DNA of 64,000 nt from Macrostomum lignano (GCA_002269645.1 NIVC01000041.1:124001-188000), one strand, 5' to 3'. Positions 1 through 13,256 are shown, counted from the first letter of the stretch. Made by a program: numbers and translations. The notes: generated from the sequence alone by a model not told the origin.

Positions 1-33
1 TCGTGAGTCCGCTCTAATTAGTAGACTACAACC
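1..33 (-). mobile_element. Truncated tRNA-like head of SINE family A (continues beyond window edge)
   Basis: tcgtgagtcc...tagactacaacc matches the head of the SINE at 11181-11216. Confidence 0.5.
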
Positions 34-595
34 CTCTCATCGTATTTGAACCTCTTTGATAGATCAAACCATCAGATATGTTGATCAAGCTATCAAGCCT
101 GATGCCTGTTTACCTCAAGTCTTAATTCAGCCCAATGGACCTAAACCTTTTCGAATAAGCGCACTATGCTACTGATCTCAGTAGGCATTCTCATTTAAAA
201 TACTAAATGCAGCAAGTTTATTGTTTCTTGCTATCCTGTTTCCCAAGCGACGCAAAAAAAGTAATTTGGAAACCGCAACAAAGGAGAGGAAAGAAAAGAC
301 TGCAGTGGCCTCCGCACTTCCTTCTTATGGCTATAAGTCAGGATAAGAAATGGGAAGGTGGAAGCCTGGAGACAGTATTAGAGCTAAAGGTGTGCGACAC
401 TGACTTACGGGGGGGGGGGCGACTTCGCAGCAGCCGGCAGCTGATGCCATTTCATCTGCTATCCATGCCGCTATGGGTAACGTTCTAATAAATAAAGCCA
501 CTGCACACGACTGCTTTTCTTCTAAGGCGAAGAAAGGAAAAGATGAAAGCTAAAATGCCATTGAAAAAGTTTATCTCAGAAGTATTGAAGGGGAG

Positions 596-755
596 GGGCA
601 GAGCGACTCAGCGGTGAACGCGTCGGACTCTTGCGCGCCACAACGGCACCTGGTTCGATTCACACTCATAAGGGCCAACCCCCAAGGTACAGAGAGTGTA
701 CATGCCTGATGATTAGAAAGTCAGGGCTGCTGTACACCCTGTGTGAGCGTGTAGG
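596..755 (+). mobile_element. SINE-like family B copy (tRNA-like head plus conserved GTGTACA...TGTACAC hairpin)
   Basis: B-box-like ggttcgattc near 651-660. Hairpin gtgtacatgcctga...tcagggctgctgtacac (696-737) is shared with copies at 21832-21878 and 39349-39392. Confidence 0.55.
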
Positions 756-1458
756 AAACTAACCGGACCGGAAACTAACAGGACCGGAAACTAACAGGAC
801 CGGAAACTAACAGGACCAGAAACTTAATGGACCGGAAACAAACCGGACCGGAAACTAACAGGACCGGAAACTTAATGGACCGGAAACAAACCGGACCGGA
901 AACTAACAGGACCGGAAACTTAATGGACCGGAAACTTAATGGACCGGAAACTAACAGGACCGGAAACAAACCGGACCGGAAACTAACCGGACCAGAAACT
1001 AACTGGACCAGAAACTAAAGGACCGGAAACTAACCGGACCGGAAACTAACAGGACAGGAAACTAACCGGACCAGAAACTAACAGGACCGGAAACAAACCG
1101 GACCGGAAACTAACAGGACCGGAAACTAACAGGACCGGAAACTAACAGGACCGGAAACTAACAGGACCGGAAACTAACAGGACCAGAAACTAACAGGACC
1201 GGAAACTTAATGGACCGGAAACAAACCGGATCGGAAACTAACAGGACCGGAAACAAACCGGACCGGAAACTAACAGGACCGGAAACTAACAGGACCGGAA
1301 ACTAACAGGACCGGAAACTAACAGGACCGGAAACTAACAGGACCGGAAACTAACAGGACCAGAAACTAACAGGACCAGAAACAAACAGGACCGGAAACTT
1401 AATAGACCGGAAACAAACCGGACCGGAAACTTAATGGACCGATAAAAAACCGGACCTG
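755..1458. repeat. ~16-bp minisatellite (ggaccggaaactaaca and variants)
   Basis: Tandem units directly visible. Confidence 0.95.
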
Positions 1459-1977
1459 AACCCGACGATTTTAAACGCCTTTTTCTTACCAGTACGAGCT
1501 ACACAATTCTAAGCAGTGTAAAACTCCCAAAAGACTGTATAAACGATTAATTCATTACTTACCGATATGTTAATGCATGTGCCTTCAGCCAATGGCTAAA
1601 TTTTCGTTTTGAGCTTCTGTCAAGCGACTGAATTTTGATATATTTTATAGCATTGCGTCTGTTGCTTACTGCATACATGTACAGACAGTCTGTCACCGAG
1701 CTGTCAAAAGAGAAAATTTTCTACCCAGCAGATAGCCAGCGCGCAGTCAGTGACAGCCGGTAAAAATCACATGCCCCCCAGCTTAGCTGTCAGCACTGCA
1801 CCAGGCTGTGCCCGCCTCTGAAGCATTCATCTAGGGCCTCGTCCCGGCAGAACCCCCTGCCTGTTCCATTCCATACTGTATGCATACGCACGGGTTTCCT
1901 GTTGCTTCGAACTGCTCATGGACAATAAAAGTACAAGGACGCTATATTTTAAGCGCTTACATAGCAGTTTTTTAATC

Positions 1978-2430
<453 letters not shown>

Positions 2431-3253
2431 GGTGCTGCTGGCATCCTTTTTTGTACTGATGTCTATGGCCGAACAACCAACTTGGTTTCCTTTTTCGTCT
2501 ATGTCAATCTTTCGTCTATGGCAAACTCCGGCCCGCTAAGCCTCTCTATTCGGGTCCTCGGGTCCTTTGAAACTTTACAATGGCAATCCGTCTCGCTTAA
2601 GGCTTGTCTCTTTTCAGCTCTCTTCTCTCTTCTCTCTCTCTCCTTTCCTCTCTGATTTGTCCAGACGTTTTCATACGGAACTCCATGAACAATAGGAAAA
2701 TGGAAGATAGACAATTAGAAGCTTCTTTTTAGGAGGCCCGCTAACGAACCTATAGAAACTCTAGAGTGAGAGAAGACGGGTTCTGTCAAAGTGATAACAG
2801 CGTGAACTGCGCTGGGATCCTTCTGGGATTTTGTGTTGCACCCCCGCTGTCTCTGCCATAGATAGTAGACAGCAGGAGAGTCAAATCCCTGCATTGCCAA
2901 ATTCCCCTTAGCTACCAGCCGGCCTGCGTGATAGTCGAATAGCCTATGGTCTATTAATAGCGCACTGCCACCATGCGCGCACCCTGCAGTTGCTATCGCA
3001 CGGCTGCAGCAGCCAAGTAAGTCTTTCGTCCGTCCCTCCACAATATCCCAAACCCCCACCGGCCCCTGTGTGCGCCAGAACGCTAGCGGGCTGAAAAGTC
3101 TATGGAAGCAATCAATAAGCTGAACGCCCGACCATTGGGTGGCGCGGAACCCGGCCACCTCAGCGGCTCGAGGTGCCGTCAACCTAAACGCGGTTAGAAT
3201 AATGCATTCTGAGTCGAGATTTTGCAACAGGGAACGAGCCTATTCAACGGAAG

Positions 3254-4607
3254 ATGGGCAAGTCGAAGGATTCGCACCTGCTGGCATTTCTGGGCGGCGT
3301 GCCGGCGCTGTCACTGGTCCTGCTAGTTTACACAGCCCTTGGCGCTGTCGCCATCATGTGCATCGAGAATCGTCAAGTCCCAACCGCGAACCGCGGCATC
3401 AGCCCCGATCGGGCGGACACGGACTTCCTCTTCCGGCTGTACGAGATTCGAACTAGCAAGCTCATCTCTAGGGAGAAATTCGCCGAGACTGCTATTAAAG
3501 AGATGGAGAAATGGCAGGAGGTGAAGGCTAATCTAGAGTGGGACTTTTGTTCAGCGTTTCTGTACTGCTTCACTCTGCACACTACTATAGGTGAGAACCA
3601 TTGTAAATTTACAAAATCTACGATGCTGACAAAAGCTAACGGATAAGAACTACGCTTGTATAGCTCGCATTATAGAGCACCAGCTCGCCAGATAAAGAAT
3701 CCATCTCATGGCCGCGGGCCAGATAAGAGAGGAATAAAGAGAAGAATAGAGGGGAGTCAAGTGAAGAGAGGAGAAAGGAGAGAGGAAAGAGGAGGGGGAG
3801 AGGCAGAGATTAGAGAGAAAGAGGAGAGAGAAGAGAGGGGAGGGTAGAGGCTAGAGAAGAGAGAGAAAAGATAGAGAAAAGGGGAGAGAGAAAAGGGAGA
3901 AGAGAGGGGAAAGAGGAGAGGAGAGAGAAGAGGGGAGAGAGGATAGGCCAGAGAGGAGAGAGAAGAGAGGAGAGAAGGGAGAGGAGAGAGAAGAGAGGAG
4001 AGGAGAAAAGCTAGAGAGTACAGGGTGCAGTCTGGTCAATGCTAAGTATGTGGCTCTCATCACAGCTGCTGTCTCACACTCAATCCTTCTCAATCTGACA
4101 TCCTATACAGGATACGGACACGTGTCGGCCCGCAGCTCCGCAGGCAAATGGTTCAGCGTTCTCTACTCCCTAGCTGGCATACCGCTCTGCCTCGTGTACA
4201 TCGGCCGTCTGGCTGCTCTACTCGAACGCAAAATTGGCGCCAAACTGCGCGCTAACGCTTGGCGCGGCGCAGGCCTGACGTTGGACGCCACGGCGGCCAT
4301 ATTCGGTGCCTACTGCTGCCTTGGCGCCTGTCTGTTTGCCGTCACAGAGAGCTGGAACCCCATGGACGGTGCCTACTTTGCAGTGATCTCGGCCACTAGC
4401 GTCGGCCTTGGCGACCTGGTGCCGGGGCACGCCAACCCCGTCCGCACAGTCGCCTCGGTGGCCTATCTGACACTGGGCCTCGCCCTGTGCACCCTGCTGC
4501 TCAACCAGCTCAACGAGCGGCTGGCCAGCTGGCTTGCCGACCCGCAGCCGGCGCCGGTGCACGCCGAGTACAGCTACCAGGAGGAGGGTAACAGCAAGGA
4601 GCGCTGA
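3254..4607 (+). CDS. Two-pore-domain (K2P/TWK/KCNK family) potassium channel, exons 3254-3590 and 4111-4607, ~277 aa
   Basis: The GT-AG phase-1 intron joins pore loop 1 as TTIG|YGH. Pore loop 2 is ATSVGLGD; four hydrophobic segments; WDFCSAFLYCFT pore helix. Confidence 0.9.
3740..4015. repeat. Purine-rich (G/A) low-complexity tract in the K2P intron
   Basis: Almost pure G/A sequence. Confidence 0.85.
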
Positions 4608-4694
4608 TTGCTACCCGTCATTCTACGGCGGAAAATGCTGAAGAATTTCACTTTTTCTGACACTTGATTACCAGAATCAGCTAGAAGGCTTACA

Positions 4695-6538
4695 GAATGA
4701 TCTGTGGAAAGTTTGGGAGCTCACAGACTGAGCTGGGGAAGTCTGGGAGCTCACAGAATGAGTTGGAGAAGTCTGAGAGCTCACAGAATGAGCTGGAGAA
4801 AGTCTGGGAGCTCACAGAATGAGTTGGAGAAGTCTGGGAGCTCACAGAATGAGCTGGAGAAGTCTGGGAGCTCACAGAATGAGCTGGAGAAGTCTGGGAG
4901 CTTACAGAATGAGCTGGGGAAGTCTGGGAGCTTACAGAATGAGCTGGGGAAGTTTGGGAGCTCACAGAATGAGCTGGGGAAGTCTGGGAGCTTACAGAAT
5001 GAGCTGTGGAAAGTCTGGGAGCTCACAGAATGAGCTGTGGAAAGTCTGGGAGCTCACAGAATAAGCTGTGGAAAGTCTGAGAGCTCACAGAATGAGCTGT
5101 GGAAAGTCTGGGAGCTCACAGAATGAGCTGTGGAAAGTCTGAGAGCTCACAGAATGAGCTGCTGTGGAAAGTCTGGGAGCTCACAGAATGAGCTGCTGTG
5201 GAAAGTCTGGGAGCTCACAGAATGAGCTGCTGTGGAAAGTCTGGGAGCTCACAGAATGAGCTGGGGAAGTCTGGGAGCTCACAGAATGAGCTGGGGAAGT
5301 CTGGGAGCTTACAGAATGAGCTGGAGAAGTCTGGGAGCTCACAGAATGAGCTGCTGTGGAAAGTCTGGGAGCTCACAGAATGAGCTGTGGAAAGTCTGGG
5401 AGCTCACAGAATGAGCTGCTGTGGAAAGTCTGGGAGCTCACAGAATGAGCTGCTGTGGAAAGTCTGGGAGCTCACAGAATGAGCTGCTGTGGAAAGTCTG
5501 GGAGCTCACAGAATGAGCTGCTGTGGAAAGTCTGGGAGCTCACAGAATGAGCTGTGGAAAGTTTGGGAGCTCACAGAATGAGCTGCTGTGGAAAGTCTGG
5601 GAGCTCACAGAACGAGCTGGAGAAGTCTGGGAGCTTACAGAATGAGCTGGGGAAGTCTGGGAGCTTACAGAATGAGCTGGGGAAGTCTGGGAGCTTACAG
5701 AATGAGCTGGGGAAGTTTGGGAGCTCACAGAATGAGCTGTGGAAAGTCTGGGAGCTCACAGAATGAGCTGTGGAAAGTCTGGGAGCTCACAGAATGAGCT
5801 GTGGAAAGTCTGGGAGCTCACAGAATGAGCTGTGGAAAGTCTGAGAGCTCACAGAATGAGCTGTGGAAAGTCTGGGAGCTCACAGAATGAGCTGTGGAAA
5901 GTCTGAGAGCTCACAGAATGAGCTGCTGTGGAAAGTCTGGGAGCTCACAGAATGAGCCGTGGAAAGTCTGGGAGCTCACAGAATGAGCTGTGGAAAGTCT
6001 GAGAGCTCACAGAATGAGCTGGAGAAGTCTGGGAGCTTACAGAATGAGCTGGGGAAGTCTGGGAGCTCACAGAATGAGCTGTGGAAAGTCTGGGAGCTCA
6101 CAGAATGAGCTGGAGAAGTCTGGGAGCTCACAGAATGAGCTGGAGAAGTCTGGGAGCTTACAGAATGAGCTGGAGAAGTCTGGGAGCTCACAGAACGAGC
6201 TGGAGAAGTCTGGGAGCTCACAGAATGAGCTGGAGAAGTCTGGGAGCTCACAGAATGAGCTGGAGAAGTCTGGGAGCTTACAGAATGAGCTGGAGAAGTC
6301 TGGGAGCTCACAGAATGAGCTGGAGAAGTCTGGGAGCTCACAGAATGAGCTGGAGAAGTCTGGGAGCTTACAGAATGAGCTGGAGAAGTCTGGGAGCTCA
6401 CAGAATGAGCTGGAGAAGTCTGGGAGCTCACAGAACGAGCTGGAGAAGTCTGGGAGCTCACAGAACGAGCTGGAGAAGTCTGGGAGCTCACAGAATGAGC
6501 TGGAGAAAGTCTGGGAGCTCACAGATTGAGTTGGGGAA
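4695..6538. repeat. 30-bp minisatellite (gagctggagaagtctgggagctcacagaat) with 31- and 34-bp variants
   Basis: Tandem units visible, starting about 90 bp after the K2P stop codon. Confidence 0.97.
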
Positions 6539-7807
6539 AGTTTAAAGGGCAAGAATATGAGTCAGTTATAACGAATTTAATGAGGCAAATATTCAGTACT
6601 TTTACAAATATTTTCGTCACTTTTCTTTACTAATTAGCTTCACTTTCCGACTAAGCAGGATTATTGAAAATGCAAATTAAGTAGTCAGCGTTTTGAGCAT
6701 AAGTTTACAATCTATCATATTCTAGCTAGGTAATGTATAATCTTAACCGCTTTTTTACCAGGCAAACAGAAACGCACATACGAATTATTCCTTACAATTT
6801 TGTAACATACCGCAATATTAATTTATTACTGAAATTATTTCTGTTCTAAAATGATTTTCTACCATAGCTTAGATATTTAACAACTAGGTTTTTTCACTTG
6901 GCCAGCACTTTGATCCTGAACTCAATAAATAAATAATTAATTAACAAAATAACAATGAATTTTCATTATTTTCATTTTCAACGGACACGTGACGTGACAA
7001 ACAGCTCGCGTGAGTGGGGTTGTAAAACTTTTATTTAAAATTTAAATGCCTTGTCAAAGACTTATGCATGCTTGAAATGGTTAACCCTGTTTGAGATGCT
7101 TGCTTTAATCGACAACTTTTTATTATAAGTTGGAGTATTATATAATTAACATACAGATTATTGGACGATAAAAGCATTGTCTGACTTTTATTAACTACAA
7201 TAATAATAGTTCTAAAATTCATACAAATTTACAATTAAAAAGACTTGAAGGAATAAAATTCAACTGAGTAATTTTATTATACAAACTATAATTTGAAAGC
7301 TTATTATTAAACAACAGCAACAAAAAAGCTGACACAGGTGGGGACTGAGAGAAACACAGAGATTTTAGTTTGGCATTGATAAGAATAAAATCATTAAATT
7401 AATTTAAATAGAAATTAACAAACTTATTACAACTGAGCAAAGTTTATAAGGGAATTTATTAGCTGAAAAAATTAGCATACATAATTAACCTAAGCACACA
7501 ACAAATGGACAATTATATGGATATATAATCATTATTAATAGCACACAAGCTTAATTAAATAAACACACCTAACATGACACACGAATAAAAACAAACTTGT
7601 GTGCTAGAGAGACACAAAAGAACTACAGCACCTATATAAATGGCTTTTCTGTGGTACTGAGATATAAAAAATTAAATTAAATCGTTTTAACACTACTGAA
7701 TACTGAATGCTGCAGTAGCATTGTTTGCATTTTAAACTTAGAAGCCTTTATTGCCTACTCCATTATCTATGTGATAAGACACTACTTTCATTCATCAGAC
7801 GTCTGTT

Positions 7808-7932
7808 CAGTCAGTGAGTCAGTCAGTCAGTCAGTCAGTCAGTCAGTCAGTCAGTCAGTCAGTCAGTCAGTCAGTCAGTCAGTCAGTCAGTCAGTCAGTC
7901 AGTCAGTCAGTCAGTCAGTCAGTCAGTCAGTC
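7808..7932. repeat. (CAGT)n microsatellite
   Basis: Directly visible, just downstream of the ATAD2-like stop codon. Confidence 0.97.
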
Positions 7933-8078
7933 AACTAAAAGTGACAGGCTTATATTCATTTCTGTAGTAGTTGGGATTAAAGGGAAATTTTTTGGTATTT
8001 TATAAAATAGTTTTATAGCAGAAAATAAGCTATATTATAGAACCTTAATCGATGCCATGAATTTAGAAAATAACAAAA

Positions 8079-11000
8079 CTAAGCAATTGTCTGAATGAAG
8101 TTTTCAATAGAGGCGCACACTTGATCAGCAAACTGTGGCTGCTGCTGTTCGGCAGTGGAATTAGCAGTCCGCAGTCCGGCCAGACAGTCGCTCAGTCGAG
8201 TGTAGGCAGAGTCCAGCTGCTGCCTGGTCAGACTAGCCGTCCGACTGACCAGCTGGTTCAGCAGGTTCTGCAGCCGGTTTCTAACCACCATGGCATCCGG
8301 CTGACGATACGGAGAGCCACCGGCAGCTGACGATGACGGCTGAGCAGGCGGCGGCTGCTGCTGCTGTGGAGGGCTGGCAGAAGCTGACAAAGACCGTCTA
8401 GTAGTGGGAGTTGCAGCAGCAGCAGCGCTTGCTGTCTCAGCTTCAGCATCATTTGTCGCCAAAGTGGCAACAGTGGCGGATCTGCGGCTGTACCGATCGG
8501 CGCGAGACACTCCGCTACCACTGTTGCTGCCGCTCAAACAGCCGTTGCCATGCTGTTGCCGGGTTGGTCCGTTAGTAGACGGGTGAGTTGAAAGCGAGGA
8601 TTTCTTTGTCGCAGCAGTTTGGCCGGTAGCGGCGGCGGCAGGTGCACCGTCGTCGCGTCGACGATCGCGAATTCGTTTACAGTCGTCCTCGAAGTCGGAG
8701 TCCATCTCCGCTTTCACGATGGCCTGGGCGACGTCGCGCAGGGCGCAGGCGCGGTGTCGGATGGCTACGGACTCGTCGTCGGTGACCGGGTTGTACTCCA
8801 AGGCGTTGCGAGAGATCAAGTCTACATCGGCTAGAAAGTCCTCGGCGCAGCAGTAGTCGCCGCGATCGATCTTGTCCATCACGGTGGCCAGGTCCATGGG
8901 ATTCTTGATGATGTCGTAATAGTCAGCGACGTCTGTCACCGGCTTAGCGAATACGAAGAATCGGCGGTCTCTGAGGGGTCAAGGAGGCAAATGGATTATG
9001 GGCTTGAAGGTTCAGGATGATGGATCAGATGGTTCAGGATGGAAGATCTGAAGGTTCAGGGTGGTGGATCTGAAGGTTCAGGCTGATGGATCTGAAGGTT
9101 CAGGATGGCGGATCTGAAGGTTCAGGCTGATGGATCTGAAGGTTCAGGATGGCGGATTTGAAGATTCAGGATGGTGGATCTGAAGGTTCAGGCTGATGGA
9201 TCTGAAGGTTCAGGATGGCGGATCTGAAGGTTCAGGCTGATGGATCTGAAGGTTCAGGATGGCGGATCTGAAGGTTCAGGCTGATGGATCTGAAGGTTCA
9301 GGATGGCGGATTTGAAGATTCAGGATGGTGGATCTGAAGGTTCAGGCTGATGGATCTGAAGGTTCAGGATGGCGGATCTGAAGGTTCTGGAAGATGCAAG
9401 ATGATTGCTCATGATGGTATAATTGTAGCACACTTTAGTTTCAGAATTATGGTGGTTCTAAAAGTTTTAGAATATTGTGAAATTCAAAGGATCAAAATGA
9501 GAGGAGCCATAGTCTAAAAGCACGCAAGACGGTTTCACCCGACTCACCTAGCCAGCTTGTTGCAAGTATCGCGCAGAAATATTCTCAACTCTCGCAGTTG
9601 CCCCTCCTCTCTACGGGCGAGTCGCTTGGCTTCAGCCGGGGTCAGCGCGGGCGGCGGACTGGCCGGAGCCAGCGGCAGCGGCGGCAGCGACTCGGCTGGC
9701 GGAAGTTCTCCGCCGCTGCCGCAGCCGACACCGCCGTCGGCATCATCCAGCACCGTGGCAGCATTGAGCACCATATCGCTGAAGAAGGCCCGTCGCTGAG
9801 CGTCAGTTGGACTTGGCACCCGGACGGTGACCAGATCCTCAGACGAGCAGTCCAGCCAGTCGGGCGGCTGAAACGAATCGCCGATTTCGTCAGCGTCCAG
9901 ATTGATGCACTCACGAGTCATGAGCACCAGCAGCGGCAGCGAAGGATCGAAGTCACGAAGGCTTGCCAGCAGGCAGCGACGCACCGTGTCCGACAGGCCG
10001 CCAGTTGACGAGTCGCCGAACAGCGAGTCGCAAGCCGGCACGTACAAGGCGGCTGGGGCGGCGCGACGGAGCTCGCGAAACAGATCGGCCACGGCCTCTT
10101 CCGGACAGCGGACACTGGCCGAAGCGTACAGAGCGGCCGGATCTAGGCAGTGAGCCGGCAAGGATTCCATTCGGTGCAGAATGGCCGGGCCCAGATACTT
10201 GGCTAGACAGTCGCCAGTCTGTCCAAGCAGCATGACCAGCCGGCGTTGGCTTCCACTCGGCCGGCCGGCCGGCCTGGCGGCCAGCAGCTGACGAAGCCGG
10301 TCAGCAGCGTCCGCGGCCGCTTCCGAATAGAGCGGATTCAAATAGGCCGGGGGCGGCCGGGCCACGGCCGGCGTGGATCGCTGTCCGGCTGGCCGGACTC
10401 GGACAAGAGCGGCGGTCAGATCTCCGGCGCTAACTGAGATTCTGGCATTATCCAGCAGCAGTTTATCCTTGCTGTAGTAGATCTGCGGATAAGCTCGGCG
10501 AAGCGCGGACAGGCCGGCCTCGGTGCTCAAGGCTTTCAGATCCGCGCCGCAATAGCCGGCCGTAGACTCGGCCACCGAGCGCAGCGTCTCCTCTGACAGT
10601 TGAAAGTGTCCGAGATGTAGGCGAAGAATTTCCAAACGGGCTGCTTCATTAGGCAACGAGAAACGAAGCTCCCGATCGAATCGGCCGGGACGGCGCAGCG
10701 CGGGGTCGATGCTGTCCAGCCGGTTGGTGGCACCGATCACGATCACCTGGGGCAGCCATAGCAACCATTATTAATTATAAAGAATGAAATACTACTGATG
10801 TACCTGTCAATAGCAACCAACATTAGAATTTACCCAGCGCCCATGGCAACCAACACTAAGATGTACCCAGCGCCCATAGCAACCAACACAAAGATGTACT
10901 CGGCGCCCAAATATATATATAATATAATTGTTTACGCCTGCTTTAATGGGCAGATGTGCAACCGACAGCTCAACCGCAGCTATTGCGCGGCGCATCTGAA

Positions 11001-13256
11001 GGCTGCGTACGGCTGTTCAGTCCAATGACTGGGGGGTCGCCACACACACCCTCAATTACCCCAGCTAATGCTGGCACCCATTCTACAGCTGGGTGAACTG
11101 AAGCAATGCAGAGTTAAGTGTCTTGCTCAAGGACACAAATTGTTCCGAGTGAGTCAAGAATCGAACCCCCGACCTTCAAGTCGTGAGTCCGACACTCTGA
11201 CCACTAGACTACAACCTTAACCTAGTGGTTAAGCTCATAGCAACCATAGCAACCAACACTAAGATGTACTCAGCGCCTATAGCAACCAACACTAAGATGT
11301 ACTCACTGCCCATAGCAACCAACACTAAGATGTACTTAGCACCCATAGCAACCAAAAACAGTGACGTATCCAGCGTCCATGACAACCAACACTAAGATGT
11401 ACTCAGCGCCCATAGCAACCAATACTAAGATGTACCCAGCGGCCATAGCAACTATCACTAAGATGTACTCAGTGACTATAGCAACCAAAACAACACAGAT
11501 GATTATAACAGCAATAGATAATCTAATAATATATTCACAGTATTCGAAAATCAAAGACACACCTCCCCGCGAGCATCCAAGCCGTCCATCAGCGCCAGCA
11601 GAGTGCTCACAATGGAACTGTGAATCTGATCCTGTCTAGTCGATCTTACTGGCGCCAAGCCGTCAATCTCGTCAAAGAAGATAATACTAGGCCGCATCTG
11701 ATAGGCCTGATCAAACAGCAGCCTGAGCTGTCTCTCGCTCTCTCCAACCCATTTGCTCAAACAGTCGGCGCCTTTGCGCATAAAAAAGGCAACTTTGCGC
11801 CTGGCGTCGGCCCGGCCGCATTCGTTAGCCAGAGCCCTGGCAACCAGAGTCTTGCCGCAGCCAGGCGGCCCGTAGAACAGTACGCCGCGGGCGGATCGAC
11901 TCTCAAATGGGCGAACACCTCCGGGTACAGCATAGGAAATACTAGCATCTCTTTCAACGAGCGCAGATGGTCGCCGAGGCCGCCAATCGATTCGAATGTG
12001 ACGCCGGTGTCGATCGACATCGGATCGACGTCGGCCAGACTGGCGCCAATCTTTGACCGGTCCCGACGGATGCCCCGTTCCGCATCCTGCATGGCCAGAT
12101 TCATCGGCAGACAGCGCAGTCTAGCCTTGGCCATGCTGCGATTCTTTCGACGCAAAAATCGACGCTCATCGTTGGCATTGTCGTCGGCTGAGTCAGAGCC
12201 GGAGGACGACGACGAGGACGACTCGGTGCTAGACGAGCCGTGCCGATTTCTTTGAAGCGATCGGCGACGTCGGCGACAAGCTCGACCGGACGACGAGCGC
12301 TGGCGACGCCGGTAAGACGCTTCCCGGCTGCTGCCGACGCCGCCGACTCCGCCTCCGCGACTCCGACGTGGCATGGCTTCGTAGGCCGACGTCTGGTAGA
12401 CGTCGGTGCGCCGCCTGTGCTGTCTGAGCTGGTACGGCCGACGCTGCTGGCCGCCGCCGCTTCCCCCGGCAGCGTCCTCCTCGGTGGCGCCCTCTTCCTC
12501 GTCGTCTTCTTCTTCCTCTGCCTCTCTGTTGCGGCGTCGACCCTTGGCGCTGACTTGATTCTCGACGGCAACCAGCTGGCCGTACATGTCGCGGATGAAC
12601 TTCTTGCGCGGCCGTTTCACCCGGGTGTACATATCGGAGAACTGCTGCTGCTGCTGCTGCTCGTCTGTCGCATTCTTCGACACCGTCGCCGCCTCAGCTG
12701 CCTGCTCTGCATCATCCTCCTCGTCATCTTCGTCGACATTTTCATCAACGTCGCTCTGTTGAAGGTGCCGACGCGGTCGCTTCTGCTGTCGGCTACGCCG
12801 GCGCGACAGTCGTTCAACGATGCGTCGAGGCTGCCGGCTACGTCTATCTAAAGACTCTCCATCGTCGTCTTCGCTGTGACCCAGCCCTCCGTTGCCAACC
12901 AATTCGTGCTCATCCTCGTCATCTTCATCCTCCTCATCCTCTGTGCTGACGGCGTATCGTAGGCGACGCTTCCGACTGTCGCCAATATGAGCACCATTCT
13001 CACTGGCGGCTAGTCTTCTCGGGCGACTATCTGGCCTGGAGTCATAGTCCTGCTGCTGCTGGTGATGATGGCTTTGATGATGGTGATGGTGATGATGATG
13101 AGGCTGCTGCAGAGGCTGCAACTGACGCTGCGGTGATGTGGCACTGCCGCCAGATTTTCGATTGTTAAACACTGGAGAGGCGCTGGCATTGCTGCCGGCG
13201 CCACCGCCTCTGCTGCCACTTATCTCGTGGGCATCGGATCGCCTCGTGTGTACCAT
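8079..13256 (-). CDS. ATAD2: ATAD2/ATAD2B/Yta7-type AAA+ ATPase with bromodomain; exons 13256-11563, 10746-9548, 8970-8079; ~1260 aa if a 1-nt frameshift near 11890 is corrected
   Basis: Walker A GPPGCGKT; Walker B IIFFDEIDGLAPVRS; FFMRKGADCLSKWVGESERQLRLLF; VIVIGATNRLDSIDPALRRPGRFDRE; degenerate second AAA module; bromodomain (YYDIIKNPMDL...NALEYNP); C-terminal helical domain. Canonical GT-AG junctions have compatible phases (GE|VIV; AR|DRRF). Confidence 0.93.
8995..9390. repeat. ~22-bp minisatellite (tggatctgaaggttcagga core) in ATAD2 intron 2
   Basis: Tandem units visible. Confidence 0.93.
10790..11515. repeat. 33-bp minisatellite (atagcaaccaacactaagatgtactcagcgccc) in ATAD2 intron 1, interrupted by a SINE
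   Basis: Units at ~10790-10910 and ~11237-11515. Confidence 0.9.
10911..11216 (-). mobile_element. tRNA-derived SINE (family A) with a CORE/Meta-like central domain and (TA)n tail
   Basis: Minus strand reads ggttgtagtctagtggtcagag (A box)...ggttcgattc (B box), then tgtgtccttgagcaagacacttaac...cacccagctgtagaatgggt (resembles the central conserved domain of CORE-type SINEs), ending in a TA-rich tail. No clear TSD. Confidence 0.75.

Noticed and set aside
703-735. Hammerhead-like CTGATGA...GAAA in the SINE-B hairpin
   Set aside because: No stem II or NUH cleavage triplet can be formed, and the core is not conserved in the other two copies (ctaacga, ctaatga). It also does not fit SECIS spacing.
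4690-6552. Repeat ORFs (SGSSQNELEK etc.)
   Set aside because: They are translations of a 30-bp minisatellite with frame-breaking 31/34-bp variants.
8121-13219. Numerous + strand and alternative-frame ORFs overlapping ATAD2, the GPCR and SoxB1
   Set aside because: They are shadow ORFs of GC-rich coding sequence.
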